A stretch of 64,000 nucleotides of DNA from Vitrella brassicaformis CCMP3155 (lineage: Eukaryota > Protista > Chromerida), in contig CDMY01000193.1 in assembly GCA_001179505.1 (NCBI GenBank), positions 109,079 to 173,078 on the forward strand, in the 5' to 3' direction. The notes under the pieces are model-generated. The model saw only the letters and a list, made by a program, of their open reading frames with translations. It did not search any database and was not told where the DNA came from. Positions 37,219 through 48,521 of the stretch are shown here, in pieces (positions within the stretch are counted from its first letter, which is position 1; every line of letters begins with the position of its first letter). The translations under genes were made by a program, and so were the position numbers.

Positions 37219-37650
37219 ATGACTTCCCTTCTTTTCGTCAATCTGTCAGTCGTTGTCGCGTCTGCCGTCAATGGTGTATCGTCTCTCACCCTCACACACG
37301 AGATTATTGGACTCGCGCTGATCATTGCGATGGAGTGCGCATGTGAAGGGATGGTCCTCGTGGTCATGGTCAGGTGGGCAAACCTGCCCATGGTGTCGTC
37401 ATGGCGGGAGAAAGGGGTTGTTCGCTGCATGTTTCTGACCTGCCTCCTGGCCGCCACCGCTTGGTCAGACATCCACGTTTCTCTCTATTACCTCCCGCAG
37501 GCCGCATGTCTGTCTCTACCTTTTCCATCATCTGTGTGTCTGCAGCGTTCTCGTGTGGCTGCCGTTCATGCACATGGCGGTGCGTCGTTCCATCGGGCAA
37601 GAGAAGTGGCGCGACGTGGATGCGGAGTTTTTTTGCCCCACTTTCTCTGA
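37219..37650 (+). CDS. Hydrophobic ORF (cassette gene 2, copy 2), probably part of a spliced gene
   Basis: MTSLLFVNLSVVVASAVNG...IIGLALIIAMECACEGMVLVVMVRWANLP...LTCLLAATAW. Conserved with 61538-62317 on the minus strand, including a likely tgtctgcag acceptor. Confidence 0.45.
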   Translation: MTSLLFVNLSVVVASAVNGVSSLTLTHEIIGLALIIAMECACEGMVLVVMVRWANLPMVSSWREKGVVRCMFLTCLLAATAWSDIHVSLYYLPQAACLSLPFPSSVCLQRSRVAAVHAHGGASFHRAREVARRGCGVFLPHFL

Positions 37651-37744
37651 TGTACTTTTCTGATTCTTGCGCCTTCAGAGGATGAGAAAAGAGAGGGGCC
37701 GATCCATTGACTGCTCTGCATGAAAATGACTTGACATAATTTTG

Positions 37745-38157
37745 ATGCGAGAAGTAAGTGACAAAAATGCCTTGTACGTGAGGGAGCATACAAGGACAGC
37801 GATACGGAAGCAGGGACGATTGGAGGCAGGAGCGCGGGGGGGGGACAGGGGGGCTGCTGCTGCACCAGGCCGCAACGTGCAGCAGTCCTTATCTCAATGC
37901 GGCCTGTGTCAGCGCATGATGGATATCCACGCAGGCAGGGAGACAGGAGAACACAGCACACCGGAGCACATACACGAGCCGACACTCATATACACGTGTG
38001 TGTGTGTCCGCAGACGGTGTTGGCTGGTGGTGCTGTCGGCAACCATGGTGGGGCGGCGGGAGGGGGAAGGGGTCGCGGCAAGGCTGCTGCCAAGGGGCGA
38101 GGGGGGAGGGGCAGGGGCAGGTCAGCCGACATTCTTCAGCACCCGACATTATGGTGA
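37745..38157 (+). pseudogene. Truncated TOP3-CTD gene (exons 1-2 only, cassette copy 2)
   Basis: ...QSLSQCGLCQRMMDIH and the RGG exon TVLAGG...GRGGRGRGR are present. Downstream exons 3-7 are absent; unrelated sequence follows about 38205. Confidence 0.6.
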
Positions 38158-38526
38158 TGGATGCGATGCGTGAGTGTCTCCATGTGTGCATCTGTTCCCC
38201 AACTCAATGCACTCTGTACAGCCACACACGATGGATGGGCGATTCAATGGCGAATTGTGTCTCTCTGTCGCGCAGCTGCAATAAGTCAAGTGAAATGGAA
38301 AAGAAGGTTGAATTAACGAAAGAAGAGCCATGCGTCACCAGGCACCATCATCAATCAAGCCGTCCCAAGCACACACACACACACAAATGGCACGGTTCCG
38401 CGCTTGACTCACGATCTCCTTTGTCGGCGGGGGTGAGACGGATCTCGCTGACTGACACCTCAGTCGGTCAGCTAGCTACTGGCTCCTTCTGCTCTCCTTC
38501 ACTTGACTGACTGGTCCACTCCACAC

Positions 38527-39698
38527 TCACTCCTTCCTGAGGTCCACTTTGCTCTTGTTGACGCCCGTCTCATCAATCACATACACCTCGGCGTAGTCAC
38601 CTGCACACACACATACACAGACAGACACAGACCAGACACAGCACATGACTCCGCCCTCCCTGCGCTCAGATCAGATCATCCCACCCCACCTGTGTAAATG
38701 TCCCTCTCGCCAGCAGCGGCGATGACGTCCTTGGCCAGGTCAATGAGGTCTGTCTTGTCGAGCGGCTCGAGCTGCTTGGTCTGGTTGGTCTTGCCGATCT
38801 GGTTGTCCAGCACAGAGGTCACGAGCTCCGCCCCGGTGCCCTGGGAGACGTACGGGATGCGCTCGAAGCTGCCGATGGCGTCGTAGCCGTAGACAGCCCC
38901 CTTGCCCTCCTCGTCCAGGCCCACCACCACGTTGAAGGTGTAGTAGGGGAAGAACCGCTTAAAGTACAGACGGGTCGACAGCAGCTGCGCCACTGCATTC
39001 ACAGACGGCTCACGGCGATGCGCGTGCTCGTACTGGGTGATCAAAATCTGGGGGAGGGAGTGCAGTGCGGGCAATCAGAGAGGAGAGAGGGATCAGTCAG
39101 TGTGTCGACTCATTTCATGAGGGAAGCAGTGCTTGCTTCCACGCAGACAGACGATTAGGGGCCTGTCTGTCTGTCTGTCTGTTTGCCTGTCAGGTTGGGT
39201 GCGTGCGTACCTTCATGCGTTTGTGTAGCTCCACCATCTCGGCCTGCATGCCTCCGGTGAGCACCACACACTTGGACGTCCTGCAACGCAACGCAACGCA
39301 TCGTAACGCACACACATTGATCAGACTCACTGGTGGCTGGGCGTGGCGTCTGCTTACAGTTGGGTGCATTTGGTCGTGTTGCGCGAGAGGATTCTCATGC
39401 CCGAACTGAGACGCGTGTCGGCCATGGCAACGGCATACGTCGGACCAGCTACTGCAAACACCGTCCTGCACCCGACCCGACACACAACACAGTTTCGTCT
39501 CAAGAGATCTGTGTCTGTGTCGATCTGGTGTGATGTGGTGTGGTGTGGTGTGGTCTGCAGGGCTTGAGCCCACCCTCCGTTGTTCTGGTAGGGCATGAAG
39601 CGATGCTCCATCGGCGGGTTGGACACGGGGCGCGGCACAGATCCGTGGCTCTGCATATGCTGCTGAAGCCCCTCACCAGAGGACCACTCTCCCATCAT
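38527..39698 (-). CDS. PSMB1: 20S proteasome subunit beta type-1 (beta6/Pre7)
   Basis: Spliced product: FMPYQNNGGTVFAVAG...ADTRLS...LSTRLYFKRFFPYYTFNVVVGLDEEGKGAVYGYDAIGSFER...GERDIYTGDYAEV...LRKE*. Start is 39698 or 39656. Confidence 0.95.
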
Positions 39699-40289
39699 TG
39701 CGCCAGCTCTGCTACTCTGCTTGTGTTGTGGCTGAGTTCTTTCAGGCTCGCAGCTAAGCTCGCATTGGAGGGAGATTCGCGCGAAGACTGGTCGCTTCTC
39801 TTCACTGAGTTTGGCGTGATAGGTCGTGTTGTGCAGTAATTTTGAGAGTCGTGGCCGTCCAGGGCCAGGAGAAGAGAGTTCACCGAGTTGAGGTAGGCAC
39901 GGACATGGCAGAGGTCCAGCAGACACTGACGATGGCCACGCATCGACAGAGCGGGCCTCCATGTGTGGGGACGGGACACCCATCTGCTGCATTCCCGTGT
40001 GTATGTTGTTGGTGTGTGTGTGTGTGTGCTTTTCTTCAGAACAGGAGAGTCCCACTGCCTGCCTTGACCCATCTGTCTGTCTGTCGTCAAGTTGTCGTCG
40101 CCACCTTCGTCCACGCCCAACTCCCCCACCCCCGCTCCCGCCCAGCCTGAGCCTGCCCAACCGCAGTGGCCGCCGCAGCCCAGCCCGAGCCCGTCCTCAC
40201 CCACACGAGGGCAGTCACAGCAGCAGCAGTCGCGGGCCGAGAGGGCACGGGACCTGCTGATCGTGACGACCAACGCCAGCAGCACAACG

Positions 40290-43200
40290 ATGCAGGACCC
40301 CAGTCTGGCGGCAGGGCCCGCCAGCCAGGACCGGGACAGCAGCGCTGGCATCAGCATCCTCAGCGGGCAGCGGCGGGGCAGGGGCGGCACAGAGACGCCT
40401 TCAACCTACCACAACCCGCCCAGGAGGTGGAGGGAAGTAGAGGTGAGGGAGGGGAGGGAGGGAGGGAGGGAGAGCGGCGACGGACGGCTCCAAGTTCGTG
40501 TGGTCTGGTGCGTGTGGTGTGTGTGTCAGTTGGGTCCATCATCAGATGTGAAGCCTGGTGAGCGGAGTGGGGCGGCGTCGGTGGTCTACAACGGCGCGCT
40601 GTACGTCTACGGGGGATATGGCGGCAGGTCAGTCAGTCCGCTCATCGACCAACACACGCACAGCCACAGAGCACAGCCAGAGAAGGCAAGAAACCATCCC
40701 TGTGCGTTAACCTTCCTTACTCCTTTCCTTGTGTGTGTCGCCGTCAGCGGCCGTCTGGACGATTTGTGGAAGTTCGACTTCGGTAGGCACCTCCGCCCCA
40801 ATCCCATCCCATCCCATGCACACTCACACAAACCGACATAGACTAGACTGCAAGAGGCGGACGGAGTCTGCGCTGTCACTCACTGTGTCTGTCGTGTGTC
40901 ACTCAGAGAGCCGGTGCTGGTCCAAGATAGAGGCCCGCAACCCTCCTGCTGGTCGAGAGAACAACGGTGCGGTGGTGTACGGCAGCAAGATGTTCCTCTT
41001 CGGCGGATACAGCGGATTCAACTGGCTGCAGGACTTCCACGAGTTCAACTTCGGTACGTACGCGTGGCACGGCACACCTGGGTGGGAGTGGGTGGGGTGT
41101 GGGCGCCGCAGGCGGACAGGACAGCAAGCTTGTGTCTGTCATCCACCGAATGCGCCGCGCCCTGCCTGCGTGTCATGTGTGTTTGGTGTGCACCAGAGTC
41201 GAATGAGTGGTCGCCTGTCAACGCCAAAGGCAACCCCCCTTCCACCAGATTCGGGTATGTGAGTGCGGTTAGCGAGGACGGTTTGTTTGTGGTCTTTGGC
41301 GGCTACGACGGCTGCACGTGGCTCAACGACATGTACGAGTTCAACTTCGCCACCCACCAGTGGAGCATCACCTCCGCACAGGGCAACATTCCCAGCGGGC
41401 GCAGCTGCCCCTCCTGGGCCACCTACAAGGTAAGGTACACACGTCTCAGGCAGGTCATGTGATTGAGCTGAATGTCTGTGTGGTGTGGTGTGGTGTGGTG
41501 TGGCTGCCCTGCTCTCAGGGTTCGGTGTTTGTGTTTGGCGGGTACGACGGCGTCCACCGCATGAACGACTTCCACCAGTTCCAGCTGCTGACGCGCACCT
41601 GGTCGCCCGTCCGCTACTCGGGACACCCCCCCTCCCCCAGATACTTCCACGCATCCGTCGTATACGGTAAAAACGGACGGACGTCTGGATGTCTGTGAGT
41701 GTGTGCCGACATGGCTATCCTATCATCACACGCATCGATCTCTGCATATGTGTGTGTGTGTGTGTGTGTGTTCAGGCGACAGTTTGTTTCTGTTTGGCGG
41801 GTACAGCGGCCACGAGCGGCTGAACGACCTTTACGAGTACAGGCTGGACCTGCACACATGGCTCATGGTTGACATGGACAAACCGCCCTCAGGACGGTCC
41901 TCACTAGTCGCACAGGTAACCAACAGGAGAGAGAGAGAGAGAGAGAGTGAGGGAGGGAACGCCCTCGACAGACAGACGTGTGGTGTGTGTGTGTGTGTGT
42001 GATGTGCACAGGTTAGCGGCAACAGTTTGTATGTCTTCGGGGGGTACAACGGGCAGTTCGTCCTCAACGACTTCCACGAATTCAGATTCGGTCGGTCATG
42101 ATACTTGCACGCCATGCCATGCATTCACACGGATATCGACTGTGCATCTCTCTGTCTGTGTGGACAGAGCCTGTGGCCATCCCGCCCTCTGCTTTGGTGG
42201 AGGACCTCAAGAAGCTCATCAACAACCAAATGTTCGCTGACGTGGTTAGCCAGCCAGCCAGCCACCCATCCACCCACACGCAAAGGCAGAGGCGCCAGTG
42301 CACTCCCTGCCTGCCTGCCTGCCTGCCTGTCAATATCTTTCAGACGTTTGTTGTTGAGAACCGTGAGGTCTACGGCAACCGGGCACTCCTCGCATCGCGA
42401 TCAGAGCACTTCAGGTCGGTCAGGATAACACAACGGCACTAAGTCCCTGAGGCCCTTGTGCCCTTGTGTGGTTTGTGGTCGATTCGTTCATTCGTTCAGG
42501 GCGTTGTTCTACGGCGGGATGAAGGAGTCGTGCAAGGTGGAGGCAGAACCCATTCCCATGCCCGACGTCAGATACGACGTACGCAACGCAGCTCTTGGAG
42601 AAACCGACACAGAGGCGGGCACACGAGTACATGGATGGACCGCACTGTGTGCGTGTGTTTGTGGTCCGTAGATATTCCTTGCGTTGCTGGAGTACCTCTA
42701 CACGGACAAGGTGCCCGTCAACCTCACGTCTGAGGATGCCGTCCACCTCCTCATCGCCGCCGAACGGGTCAGTCAGTCAGTCAGTCAAGGAAGAGTGGAA
42801 CCGCACGCACGCAGCGGGGCCTCTCTGAGAATCGATGTCTGTTCTGTCTGTCTGTCTGTCTGTGTGTGTTCATTCAGTTTCTGCTGGACCGTTTGAAGGC
42901 GTTGTGCCAGGACATCATCCGCAAGGGCATCTCCATCGACAACGTCGTGAGCATCCTCCTCGCCGCAAACTCACACCGAGCTGACAGACTCAAGGTCAGT
43001 CAGCCGGCCACTTGTGTGCTCCCTTGCTCCCTCAAGACGTGCAATCATGCCATGCCATGTGTGTGTGCGTGTGCAGGAGATATGCTTGGACTTCATCAAG
43101 ATCCACGAAGACCGCCTCAAGCAGAGCGACGCATTCAAAGAACTTATACAGGTGCCCCGGGCAGCTCACACACACACACACACACATGCCTACCAGCCAA

Positions 43201-43334
43201 CCGCACAGACAGACACATACATAGCGGATTTCACTGTCTGTGTGTGTTGCTATGTCTATCGTGTTGGTTCCATCAATCAGGAGCCCACCCTCCTGTATGA
43301 GATTTTCATGCGCAAGAGCAACAGCAGCTCGTGA
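40290..43334 (+). CDS. Kelch-repeat (6x) + BTB/BACK protein, LZTR1-like cullin-3 adaptor
   Basis: Six repeats of the type R..H/G..V....LYVFGGY.G...LNDF..F....W, then FADVTFVVENREVYGNRALLASRSEHFRALFYGGMKES, LLEYLYTD and FLLDRLKALCQ. The start may lie further upstream. Confidence 0.9.
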
Positions 43335-45011
43335 GCTGCAGCCAACACGCAGACACCACATGCCCGTGTGCGTGTGCAGCTGCTCTGCTAGCCATCGCGC
43401 GATCGCACCTGATGACGATAGCTTGCCTTGCTTTCTCGTGCCTTTCGTTGCCCGCCTCGTTCCATAGCCGAGTGAGGCACACAGATAGACCGACAGCCAG
43501 ACAGCCAGACAGACAGACAGACAGGCTTGGTTGAGTGTCTTCGTGTTGCCTGTGTTTCTCTCTCTTGCTGCCTTGCTGCCTTGCTACATTCGTTCCCTCA
43601 TCCACTTGTTCATTCATGTGTGTGTGTTTCGCTGCCTCCCCGCTTTTTTCTCTTGAGTGGCCAGGCCACACACCGGGGGGAGGGGAGGGGTGGGTGTAAC
43701 CTAGCTAAGTGAGGGATGGGATGGGATGGGATGGCTGTGTGGGTCCGCCGGTCCGCCCACCGCCTCTCAAGAGGTGCATTAGGGCAGGACAAAGCACCCA
43801 TCCCATGGCTCGATGGATGGATGGATGGATGGCACCACACATCCAGTCCAGACACCCGTACGCAGTCGACTTGGGGGCGCCGGTTGGAAGAGGTGAGGGA
43901 GGGAGGGATACACCGATGTGTGTGTATGTATGTCACAGACAGACACTGCCTATTGCCGCCGCTTGCTGGTGTTGTCCTGCTGCCGCCTTGCCCCCGCCAC
44001 CCACTGATTGACTGACTGACTGACACAGTCACTGAGCGACAGACAAGAGTGCTATTTGTACTGTCTCCGGCCACTCACTGTCCATCCGCCCATGCATCTG
44101 TGGCTCTTGGCATTGGATGGATGGATGAGTGTGTACGTGTGAGTGAGTGAGGAAGTCGCCTACTGGTCGCATGTATGTGTAAGTATGTATGTATGTCACT
44201 CGCACTTTTCACATGTCTGTCTGTCTGTCCGCGTGTGCAATGAATGAATGCAGTTAACAACCAGCGGATTGATTCAGCAAGTCACTCTGTGCATCAATTG
44301 CTCTCTATTCAATGATCGTGGTGTCACTTCCCATAAAGCGCAGCTGGTTCCCGGTGAGGTTCGATTTCGGGGGTCGCCAGGTCTCGTTGCAGGAGTGCCG
44401 ATGCACTGACCCTCGTGATTAGGCAAGGGTCAGTTTCACGAGGGACATAAGATCGCAATGTAGAGGCGAAATAAGAACGGGACCTCACAGACCCACAGTG
44501 ATGTTCTCAGACTCACAGATTACTTAGATCTGCCCCTACTTCAAGAGATCGGTCCAGCCCTTGCAAAACCCTTGCCCCATCTGCACACATCAAGGGCCGT
44601 ATCTCGCCCGTGCAGGGCCGCAGAGAGCTCACTGACGCCTGCCGTGCCACTTGCAGCCCCGTCCGGCCACCATCAGGTACATTCACCCGACGAAGAGGCA
44701 CAGACGACTCACTCACTCACTGTTTTTCTGTCCATCTGCGTGTCTTGCAGGTATACGTGTTGCGGTGGGGGTTCCCTCAAGGTGAGCACATCATACATCT
44801 CAAGGTGAGCACAGACAAACGAGGCAGGGCAGGCAGGCAGGCAGGCAGGCAGAGAAGGAAGGACCACGACACACATCACGACCGCCCATCCATCGACTCA
44901 TGCACCCGTCCATCAGTCATGTCTGCCTGTGTGTGGTGGTGTGTCTACCTGTGTGGATAGTGTCGGAGCTCTCGAGCTGCAGCTTCTCACGAGAGGGAGT
45001 GAAGACAAGAG

Positions 45012-46426
45012 ATGTTGACTTCATGTTTTCCCGGCAGCGCCCACCGGATTCAGTGCGGCTTTTCCGGTGGGCATCAAGGTGTGCTGCTGAGTCCCAACGT
45101 GTGCGCGACGGCGGCACATGTCGCGCTGTGCCACGTCGACGTCGACGGTGCAGCTGTTACGCACGGTGAAGGCTCTCATGAGATCAAGGAGTACTACATC
45201 CACAAGGACTATCTCTCTGACGGCCATCCGGACATCGCGATTGCCACGCTCCAGCAGAATGCCTCTCCCCACCGTCAGACATCCATCTGTTACGGCCTGG
45301 ATATCGGGGTGCACCTGGAGGCGCAGGAGATCGTCACTGAGCCTCAGGGAGGAGGCGCGTCAGACGAGTACCAGTACAGCCGTCGGTTTGGTGGTGTGGT
45401 CTGTGGCGTGAACAAGAAGGCTGATGGCACGGTGTCGTTCCTGCAGCTGTCGGGCGTCAGCTCAAAGCCGGGTGACTCGGGGAGCCCGCTGTTGGTCAAG
45501 GACAAGAGGGCGGTGGGCGCCATCGTCCACGGCCTGTCGGCGCACCGCAACCGAGGCGGCCGCCATCGTCAGGACCCTGAAGAGACAGCTCAAGTGTATC
45601 ATCAGCTATTCGTCTGCCCGCTTGACTCACTCCGCGACCCAACGGCCAACTTCCTGCACGTGCCGCGTTCGTTCCTGCGAAAGGCGCCATCGGCATCTAC
45701 ATATTCTCTCATGCAGTGCATCGAGGAGCTTCCCGTCGGTTTCTTCGATGCAACGAACCGGCAGACATCGCTTCGTGACTCCTTCGACGCGCAGGCCCAA
45801 CCATCAGCAGACCCCTCTAAGACTTCCATGCCAGCCCCTCCACCCATACCTGACGGTGCACCCGATTGGGTACAGCCGCTAGTGCAGTCGGCACCCGATT
45901 GGGTACAGCCGCTAGTGCAGTCGATGACACAGGGGTTCGCCGCCGTGGACAGGCGTTTGGCGACGATAGAGGGCGATGTGAGGGACTTGCGACAACGAGC
46001 GATAGGGTACGACAAGCCCACAACCACAGTGCCCTCTGCGATCGTCAACGACATGAAGTCCGCCATTACCCACCACGTGAGGGCGGGCGAGATAGTGCTG
46101 CAGGGGGAGGTCGGTCGGGGAGGGGCTCAAGGGCAGCAGGCTAGCTTGCAGCGAGTGGGAGAGTTGCAGCAGGAGCTTGATGAGGAGGAGATCCTCGGCT
46201 GGACCATCGGCAACTTCATCCGCGACCTTGTGGACAGCCTCAGCCGCCCTCAAGCACAGGTATGTTTGTAGGCAGACAGACTTACACGGGAACAGCAGTG
46301 GGTGGAGTCGTGCGAAGGGATATCCGCATGTGTCGATGTGTCATTGTGTGTGTGTTTGTGTGTGTTGTGTTGTGTATTGTGTGCGCGCAGGACATCCAGC
46401 TGACTGCGAAGTGGATCAAGTGCTAG
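45012..46426 (+). CDS. Trypsin-like (S1) serine peptidase with C-terminal coiled-coil; N-terminus uncertain
   Basis: Catalytic triad motifs ATAAHV, HPDIAIATL and KPGDSGSPL in exon 45012-46259. A phase-0 intron leads to 46391-46426 (DIQLTAKWIKC*). Confidence 0.8.
45858..45923 (+). repeat. Perfect 33-bp coding tandem duplication (APDWVQPLVQS x2)
   Basis: GCACCCGATTGGGTACAGCCGCTAGTGCAGTCG occurs at 45858-45890 and 45891-45923. Confidence 0.95.
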
Positions 46427-46857
46427 CTACTGGCTGTAGCTGCAGCTGAGCTGTAGTGTAGGGTGAACTTGTGTGGTGGGGCTGGCCGGCAGGAGGGGGT
46501 GGGGTGATGCGGTGAGTTGGGTGTTCGTTTGTGATTGACTGATTGACTCATTGGCAATGGACCAGACATCCATTCCATCCTTATTCAATGGTTGCTGTGC
46601 ACGACGGGCATCCACTGCCACTGTCCACGGCGTCATCTGCAAATGGCCAACCACAGATCCACACACACACACAGACGCACACGCCTAGTTGTTCACACAT
46701 CCTATCTGCAGGTGCAATCAATGCAACGATCGATGGATGGATGGATAGATTGACCACCCATACTGCGATCGGTCCATCAGTCTAGCAGGTAAGGATATAT
46801 GTCGGGCGACACACGGTCACGCACGCGTCCATGCACAGGCCAATCCAATCCAATCAG

Positions 46858-48485
46858 TCATGCCCGCGTCAGCAGCCCTAATTGTCTCGACAGACCCAGC
46901 GCCAAAAGCGACACCCACACACAACTGCGCGGTATGTGTCGTGCTCTGATTGCCCCGGCCCTCTCGGGTGTGGGCATCTTGTTTGGGACGTCCTCGACCC
47001 GGTAGTAGCTGCTCTGTTGGCCCGCCTCCCCAGCCACATGCCGCCTTATCTCGTGCGAGTGCTCCTTGATATCGTAGGCAGTGCTGCCGCCCGCCCCTCT
47101 GTGTCTCTCGGTGTCCTTCGGCCCGAACAGCCCCTCACCGCCAGCAAGACCCGCCCCAGGACGGCCGCGCGTGAAGGCCATGCCTGCCCTCATATCGCGC
47201 CACTCGCCAACCTTCCTCTCGCCCACATAGAACTCCCCAGAGCCGTCCAGGGCCACGGACAAGCGGCGCAGGTCACACGTCATCAGCTCGTGCTCGTCGC
47301 CGATAAGCGCAGTGAGGCCACCAAAGAGAATGACGGTGCAGTCGGGGGCCACCAGATCGCCGCAGCCGGATGTGCTGTTGACGTTGGTGAGGTTGAAGGG
47401 GCCGCGGTGCACCACCTTGAGCTCGCCTTGGTCCACCACCTTGAGCTCGCCAGAGTCAGGCAGCCACGCGAGTGCGCGGACCTGAATGACGCCCTCCTTC
47501 TCGTCACAGGGAGCGCAGTCGAGGCCGCCGCAGTCCACGTCTGTCTCGTCACCATTCTGCACACCATCACTGCCCAGTTAACACAAGACACACAGTAGAA
47601 GCAGAGACACGAAGCGACCGATCGACCAACGTGCGTACGTGCAGGTGGGTGCGGGGCAGGGTTTGCACGAGCCGCCGCAGTCGATGCCAGTCTCGTCCCG
47701 TTCATGGCATGGTCGGTGCAGTTGCCCAGCACAGTGACGAAGTGCAGCCGCTGGCAGCCCACCGACCGGTCGAAAGTGCCGTCGCTCCTGCACGAGAAGC
47801 TGAATGCCGTCCTGGAAGGGTCGTTGACCTCCGGCGCATCCTCAGCCATCGCCACGCCCTCCGCTGCCGCATACCCCTCGTCACACGAGAGCATCAGCGT
47901 CTCTCCAGGCTTGACGAGGCCGACGCCGTTGCACCGGTACAGCCGTCGCTGGCTGTTTGCAGAAGCCCTCTTTGTCTCACATTTGAGGGCTCCGTCAACA
48001 TATGGCACTCTGCACTCGACCTCCTGGTCGATGCTTGAGGGCGGGATGACGTTGATGGTTCCCATGTGCGGTGAGTCGCTGAGTGCGGCCTTGAAGGCCT
48101 GGACGAGAAGGGCTTGTGGCGTGTCGACTAGGCGGGCCCTGAGGGTGGCCTGTGAGAGGATGGTGCTGGTGACCTTGACGAACTGGTGCACCTCACTCTT
48201 GACGTCGCCCCTGACATCAAGATCGACAAAGGACTGCTCCTTCGCTCCGGTGGCATTCTTAGGGCGTTGTTGTTGTTTGGTGGCGTTGCAGAGTGCGACG
48301 GTGGCCTTGCCGCCTGTGGGGTTGAATTGCCCACCGGTGTTGGGCTTGCACGCGTCCTCAGCGGCTGATGACGGGGGGGTCTTGTCGCTGGAGTCGTCAT
48401 CGGAATCATCATCGGCCTCGTCGTCACCTGCAATGCCAAACACAACCCAAGCAGTGAGACAAGCAACAGTGTCTTTGCTGGCGCG

Positions 48486-48521
<36 letters not shown>

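Larger units (their letters stand above)
34819..38205 (+). repeat. Three-gene cassette, copy 2 (3'-truncated near 38205)
   Basis: Colinear with the reverse complement of 61010-64000. Similarity stops inside the intron after the RGG exon. Confidence 0.85.

Noticed and set aside
33310-38205. Cassette as an autonomous transposon or retroelement
   Set aside because: No RT, integrase, DDE, HUH/Rep or helicase motifs, and no clear TIR, LTR or TSD. Mobility remains inference only.
44961-45011. In-frame TGA at 45000 as selenocysteine or readthrough in the protease gene
   Set aside because: No SECIS evidence. It is explained equally well by a short intron (GTGAAG donor at 44999) or by initiation at 45012.
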